This document shows positions 59,122 to 64,000 of a stretch of DNA of 64,000 bases, piece after piece (position 1 is the first letter of the stretch; every line of letters begins with the position of its first letter). The position numbers and the translations under genes were made by a program. This DNA comes from a virus, in the IMG/VR virus record IMGVR_UViG_3300042453_004434, positions 32,001-96,000 of that record, one strand, 5' to 3'. The notes beneath the pieces were generated by a model that saw nothing but the letters and a program-made list of their open reading frames with translations, was not told the origin of the DNA and did no database searches.

Positions 59122-61670
59122 TCTACGTCGGATAGCTTCATATAGATTTTATCATCAAGTATTGCAATATTCTCTATCCATAACACATCATCACCTTTTC
59201 GTCCAGTAAAAACTACAATGTTTTCTTTTTCAGGAATCTTTAAGCCATCTTCTAAATACTCTGATAAACGAGCTTTTTTTCCACCGTCCATAAATAAACC
59301 CATCACGGTTCCAACTTCATCTTTCAAAGCAATTCTAAAGAATTGATTATTACTCTTTTTACTCTTTCCTTTATAAACATCATCTACAACTCCAACAATT
59401 TTAACTAAATCATTCTTTAAAGTAGATTGAAATTCTAGAGTATCAGTGAAAGTAGCTTCAGGTTGTTCAAAAACAGTTTTCAATTTGATAGATGGAGTAT
59501 AACCAAGAAGTTTGTTTTCAAATACCCAATTAGCAAATTTTTCATGATTCTTATTTTGATCGTATATTTTCTTATACTCATCGTACTTTTTCTTGAAGGT
59601 CGCCTTTCTTTTATCTGACATGAATGGCTTGCCATCTTGATTTATATTCTTATTCTTAAAAGCACATTCACTAACGATTGTTAGAATATCATAATTATAT
59701 TTATCTCCAATAGAATAAGCGTATTTCTTTTCTTTGTCTGTGAGTAGATTGAAGGTTTGAGCTTCGAGAACCAATCTTGATCTACGATGAGTATAAGAGC
59801 TTAATGTTCCAGCTTGAATCAAAGAAGACAATAAACCAATATTAATTCCAGCTTGTTTAGCTGTAATGAAAATATCAAATTTATTAGGAGTATTGGTTTC
59901 TCTAAACTGCTGAAGCGATTCAAGCGTCTTTTCTGAAACTCCTTTAATAGAATTTAATCCAAATCGAATATTCTTATCTTCAATATTAAAATCAATTGCA
60001 GACTTAGCTAAATCAGGAGAAAGCAATTCAATATCAAAAAACATTAACTCTTTTGATATTTTATTAATTTCTTTATGAGAATCAGGCTCAAACTTAGAAA
60101 GCTTCAACAAAGCTAGAAAAAATTCTTTTGGATGCTTGAACTTCAAGTAAGTAGTCCAAGCAGCAAGAATAGCATAACTAATTGAGTGAGATTTATTAAA
60201 TGAATAGTTTGCAGAATCCTCTGCAACTTTCCACAATACATCACCAATAGCTGGATCTAGATTTTGTTCAGTAACCTTTTGCCGAATCTTACCTTGCCAT
60301 GCTGGCATCTGATCCACTTTCTTTTTACCAACAATCCGACGCAACTGCTCTGATTCATCCAAGGTAAAACCTAAACGAACCGCCATCTTCATCAACTGCT
60401 CTTGATACAATGGAATACCACCAGTATAAGACAGTTCTTCTTTAAAGAAGTCATGAACGAGCTGGAACACTCCTGAAGCTGAATACGTTGCATATTGCTC
60501 TACGAAATCTAATGCACCCGGACGAGCGATCGCAACTACCGCACTTAATTGTTCAAGCGACTTTGGTCTAACTTTTTTACAGACTTTGAAGTTAGTGTCA
60601 GCTTCAATTTGGAATAAACCTTGAGGAGTTTTTAGATTTTGCAAGTTTTCATATATAAATGGATCTTCTGGATCAATACTTGTCATATCCATATTCAACA
60701 TTTTGCATACTTCATTAACAACAGTTAAAGTTCTCAATCCAAGAACATCAAATTTTACCATTAGTTCAGCGACATAATTCATATCATATCCGCTAACTAA
60801 GTCTCCATCTGAAGTTTTTTGAACAGGACAAACTTCATCTATCTTATAATAAGAAATAGCAATGCCAGAAGGATGAACACCGGTATTCTTGTTTAATCCT
60901 TCAATCTTCTTGGCTATTTTAAATAGCTTCGGATTATCATCACACCACTTTTTAAACTTATCATTTTCTTTAGCAGCTTCTTCTAAGCCAAAAACGCGAC
61001 CGAATTGTTTTGGAATTAGATCGCTAACTTCATTTACTTCTGTTTCAGAATAACCGCCAACAATTTTACCGCACTCTTTAATACAAAGTTTACTAGATAA
61101 AGTATTAAGAGTTAAGATTTTTGAAGTTTTACCAAAATGCTTATTTTCAATATATTTAATAACCTCACTTCTACGATCATAACTGATATCATTATCTACG
61201 TCTGGCAATAGCGAACCATCAAGATATGTAATATCGTTTTTGATAATCTTCTTTGCGCGAGACTTGCTTACAAATCGCTCAAAGAAAAGTCCATATCTAA
61301 TTGGATCTACTTTAGTAACATCAACTAAAAACAAAACCAATGAACCCGCAGCACTGCCTCGACCGGGACCAGTTGGAATATTATTTTCGTGACAGAAATT
61401 AAGAATATCCCAATTCAGTAATACATAATCAACGAAGTCAAGTTCATGAAAAATCTGCAACTCCATCTCTAATCTGTCTACATACTCTTTCTTATTTAGA
61501 TTCTTATTATCTAAACTGCGATAGCATAGAGTTTTTAGAAAAGTAAAATTATCTGAAGACGTTGGAATCTTCAGTAAATCATAATATTTACTATCGATTG
61601 ATATTTGAGGCAATCTTACACCCGGCAACATTGCGTCGTCATAACTCTGAATATCTTGTAAAAAATTCAT
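59118..61670 (-). CDS. dnaE: DNA polymerase III alpha lacking the PHP domain
   Basis: GPGRGSAAGSL, FERF, PDVDND, G.HP.G, KFDVLGL, YQEQ.M, YSFNKSH, C-terminal OB fold. Confidence 0.95.
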   Translation of the reverse strand: MNFLQDIQSYDDAMLPGVRLPQISIDSKYYDLLKIPTSSDNFTFLKTLCYRSLDNKNLNKKEYVDRLEMELQIFHELDFVDYVLLNWDILNFCHENNIPTGPGRGSAAGSLVLFLVDVTKVDPIRYGLFFERFVSKSRAKKIIKNDITYLDGSLLPDVDNDISYDRRSEVIKYIENKHFGKTSKILTLNTLSSKLCIKECGKIVGGYSETEVNEVSDLIPKQFGRVFGLEEAAKENDKFKKWCDDNPKLFKIAKKIEGLNKNTGVHPSGIAISYYKIDEVCPVQKTSDGDLVSGYDMNYVAELMVKFDVLGLRTLTVVNEVCKMLNMDMTSIDPEDPFIYENLQNLKTPQGLFQIEADTNFKVCKKVRPKSLEQLSAVVAIARPGALDFVEQYATYSASGVFQLVHDFFKEELSYTGGIPLYQEQLMKMAVRLGFTLDESEQLRRIVGKKKVDQMPAWQGKIRQKVTEQNLDPAIGDVLWKVAEDSANYSFNKSHSISYAILAAWTTYLKFKHPKEFFLALLKLSKFEPDSHKEINKISKELMFFDIELLSPDLAKSAIDFNIEDKNIRFGLNSIKGVSEKTLESLQQFRETNTPNKFDIFITAKQAGINIGLLSSLIQAGTLSSYTHRRSRLVLEAQTFNLLTDKEKKYAYSIGDKYNYDILTIVSECAFKNKNINQDGKPFMSDKRKATFKKKYDEYKKIYDQNKNHEKFANWVFENKLLGYTPSIKLKTVFEQPEATFTDTLEFQSTLKNDLVKIVGVVDDVYKGKSKKSNNQFFRIALKDEVGTVMGLFMDGGKKARLSEYLEDGLKIPEKENIVVFTGRKGDDVLWIENIAILDDKIYMKLSDVE

Positions 61671-62296
61671 ATTTCGATTTGCCAAAGCTGCTTCTGAAAG
61701 ATTTTGAAGTTCATCTGAACGTCGTACATAGAATTATGCAACATGTTCTCATCAAAATCAATCTTATAATCTTTTAATTGAGCTTTTATGCTTGTTTTTA
61801 ATCCCTTTTCTCGGAAATCATTTAATCTATACTGCCAACAAGTAAAGTCTAAATCCTTTTGTGGTTTAATGTTCTTTTTAATCGCTTTAGCGATGCAATT
61901 TGTATCGAGAATACGTTTAACATAAGAAAAATCAGGCGACTTACCTAGAAGTTTTCGGTATATATTATGTATGTATACATCAAAACCAAGAAGATTTTGC
62001 CCTACTATTAGGTAGTCGCTATCATAAATATAATCTTCAAAAGAAGAGAGTATATCTTTTGGATCGGCAGCTAATGAATGATAACGCCTTTCATCAAAAT
62101 GAGTAACTTCTTTAGCTCCTTTTGATAATTTCAAATCAGGCCAGTAAATATAATTATCTACTTCTTTAATAATGTGATTACCTTTTGCAATAATATAACT
62201 TAATTGCCAAGGCTTATTGTCTGTATTGACTAAATTGAGATGGCAAGTTTCAAAATCAAAGCAAATATATTTTTGATCTTTATTGAATCGTAACAT
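61667..62296 (-). CDS. DEDDh 3'-5' exonuclease (DnaQ-like)
   Basis: FDFET, N...FD, DT, H...YD. Confidence 0.9.
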   Translation of the reverse strand: MLRFNKDQKYICFDFETCHLNLVNTDNKPWQLSYIIAKGNHIIKEVDNYIYWPDLKLSKGAKEVTHFDERRYHSLAADPKDILSSFEDYIYDSDYLIVGQNLLGFDVYIHNIYRKLLGKSPDFSYVKRILDTNCIAKAIKKNIKPQKDLDFTCWQYRLNDFREKGLKTSIKAQLKDYKIDFDENMLHNSMYDVQMNFKIFQKQLWQIEI

Positions 62297-62645
62297 TAGG
62301 AAAAAAATTAATATTTAAAGTATAAACCAGTTCGTCGTTTTTCTTAATGTTTTTAACCGCAACAAAAGAAACCTGTTTGTTCTTATAATCAATTAAAGCT
62401 GTTGTGTTATAGTTTTGAGCATCAGGTTTGATGTATTCGCCAAAGCTAGTTAACGATACAGGAGTAAATAGATCATCAGTGCTGATACAAGGTTTATCTT
62501 GTATCTTGATTTCTGACTTAGGAAGATAAAAAGGATTCTTAGTTTCCTGATCAAACCAATTAGAAACAAATACAGTCGTTCCAGAACTAATATCTTCAGA
62601 AGCAACAAGTTGTTCTTTTTGATTGTTAATTTTAAGAGTGACCAT
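62280..62645 (-). CDS. degenerate SET-domain-like protein
   Basis: LVASEDISSG and FVA.KNI...DEL; NHS motif absent. Confidence 0.55.
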   Translation of the reverse strand: MVTLKINNQKEQLVASEDISSGTTVFVSNWFDQETKNPFYLPKSEIKIQDKPCISTDDLFTPVSLTSFGEYIKPDAQNYNTTALIDYKNKQVSFVAVKNIKKNDELVYTLNINFFPNVTIQ

Positions 62646-63396
62646 AATTAATTTTATTTTTCCAAGATTGAAAACTAAACTGATCGCTACAAAAATGAGC
62701 GAGTTCAGGCTTTTCTAATGATCGATCTTTGCCATGACTTCTGTTACAAATAATCTTATAAGTCATGAAAGCGTCAACATCTTCATTGTTTTTGTAATAA
62801 ATACTTTTAGCCGCTTGAGTTTCAAAATTATTATTTTTTGTAAACTCTAAAACCTTTTCCTGAAGAAGCATGTCTAACGCTAAACCATTATCTTCTAAAA
62901 AGAAAGTTGGCTTTGTAAATGAGAAATCAGGTATTGCATTTGCAAAAGATAAAGAATTAACATGTATAAATGAATCGTAAAAAGGAATAACGAGTTTTAC
63001 ATCATCGTCATTCCATAAGTCCTTGAGCGATTCATAATTCAAAAAACCGCTAAAATCACAAAAAGCTTTAGAATATATTTTATTTAGCAGTTTGCAACCT
63101 TCACTATTTTTTGCAAAGATAATAACTTTGTGCTGACTGTCCGAATCTTCAGGCAAAGAAGAATTACGCATTGAAAGCCTTAATCCAAATATTAATTTAA
63201 GCTTAAGCTCTTTTGATCTCTTGAAAGCTTCAAAGAAACCAATCAATGAATCCTCAACCAGAATAATCTCTTTTAAATCGTTTTCTAATGCAATTTTAAA
63301 TATACTATCAGAACCTTCTGGTGAAGTTTTCTTTGGATCATCTAATGTCAGTATAGATTTACCAATAGAATAGCAACTCTTAAATAAGGCTAACAT
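62632..63396 (-). CDS. stand-alone PHP domain of DNA polymerase III alpha
   Basis: S.YS, K.IFG, IFAKN.EG.K.L.KI.S. Confidence 0.85.
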   Translation of the reverse strand: MLALFKSCYSIGKSILTLDDPKKTSPEGSDSIFKIALENDLKEIILVEDSLIGFFEAFKRSKELKLKLIFGLRLSMRNSSLPEDSDSQHKVIIFAKNSEGCKLLNKIYSKAFCDFSGFLNYESLKDLWNDDDVKLVIPFYDSFIHVNSLSFANAIPDFSFTKPTFFLEDNGLALDMLLQEKVLEFTKNNNFETQAAKSIYYKNNEDVDAFMTYKIICNRSHGKDRSLEKPELAHFCSDQFSFQSWKNKINYGHS

Positions 63397-63420
63397 ATAC
63401 AAGTGAATATATGTTATCGA

Positions 63421-64000
63421 TCAAAAATTGTCAAGATCAAATTCGTCTTTCTTATTAAATGCTGGACATCCTTGATAGTATTTTTTAACAATCTTTTCAT
63501 CGTTTTTTAATTTATATTGTAGCAAATCTTCTTTTTGGAAAGCACTTTTTATAATTTTATTGTCAGAATTAATAATACTATAGTAATGAAAAGGAAACTT
63601 ATATGTGCAATACCATTTAGGATTGCCATCTTTTTTTAATTCATTAGGTTTAGATGCAAAACCACACATTAATTTACCGCTAAAGCTGCCATCTTTTGGC
63701 ATACCTTGGTTGTATGCAAGATTTGAAACAGCAGTTTTTTCAGTAAAGCCATCAGCATATTTTTGATAAGCTGTTAATTCATGCTCAAATCCAAGTAGTT
63801 CATATTTAGATTTAGGTATCATTTCCATAACACCATCAACATCTAAATCTTGTTTTAAAAACAAAAATTCCATCTTTATATTTTCAAGATGGGGATAAAG
63901 CTTTCGAATAGCCAGAGTATACATATAATCTTGTAAATTATCTGATACTTCTTTGCCTTCGTATTTTTTCTTATTCGTTTTAAAATCGCGTATTAAAACA
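63421..64000 (-). CDS. PD-(D/E)xK (RecB/Cas4-like) nuclease, 5' part outside window
   Basis: frame open upstream of track start: IRDFKT...NLQ..MY.LA; C-terminal Cys residues. Confidence 0.75.
   Translation of the reverse strand, partial: VLIRDFKTNKKKYEGKEVSDNLQDYMYTLAIRKLYPHLENIKMEFLFLKQDLDVDGVMEMIPKSKYELLGFEHELTAYQKYADGFTEKTAVSNLAYNQGMPKDGSFSGKLMCGFASKPNELKKDGNPKWYCTYKFPFHYYSIINSDNKIIKSAFQKEDLLQYKLKNDEKIVKKYYQGCPAFNKKDEFDLDNF

Noticed and set aside
1208-61777. Most short plus-strand ORFs lying inside minus-strand genes (e.g. 3124, 8566, 17282, 44927, 49267, 54813)
   Set aside because: Antisense shadows of well-supported genes
59118-63396. Split intein or frameshifted pseudogene in dnaE
   Set aside because: No intein terminal motifs; parts are separated by two complete, coupled genes

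Overview
64 kb of a large, AT-rich, gene-dense dsDNA bacteriophage (jumbo/huge-phage type), almost all genes on the minus strand, standard genetic code. Left third: many small hypothetical genes behind sigma70-like promoters (TTGAC[A/T]-15..17-TAnnnT), five YopX paralogues, a C5 DNA methyltransferase, an HNH endonuclease and a plus-strand PlcP/LpxH-like phosphoesterase + glycosyltransferase pair. 20.7-23.2 kb: stable-RNA cluster with 8 tRNA genes (one lacking a D-arm, one carrying an Azoarcus-type group I intron, several with non-canonical T-loops), a free-standing endonuclease, and about 660 bp packed with unnamed structured RNAs, including two tandem paralogous RNAs that covary. Right half: RuvB-like ATPase, ThyX, two deaminases, dUTPase, GMP reductase, UvsE, glycosyl- and methyltransferases, a secreted CxxCH protein, an outer-membrane beta-barrel, a citryl-CoA-lyase-like + GNAT pair, tubulin/FtsZ-like protein, ClpC-like ATPase and a DnaE split into PHP, exonuclease and polymerase genes with a SET-like gene between them. 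A ninth tRNA (Gln), a parS-type palindrome and a recurring GTGTAA promoter-like motif are also present. All calls come from motif recognition and by-eye folding; no searches were run.
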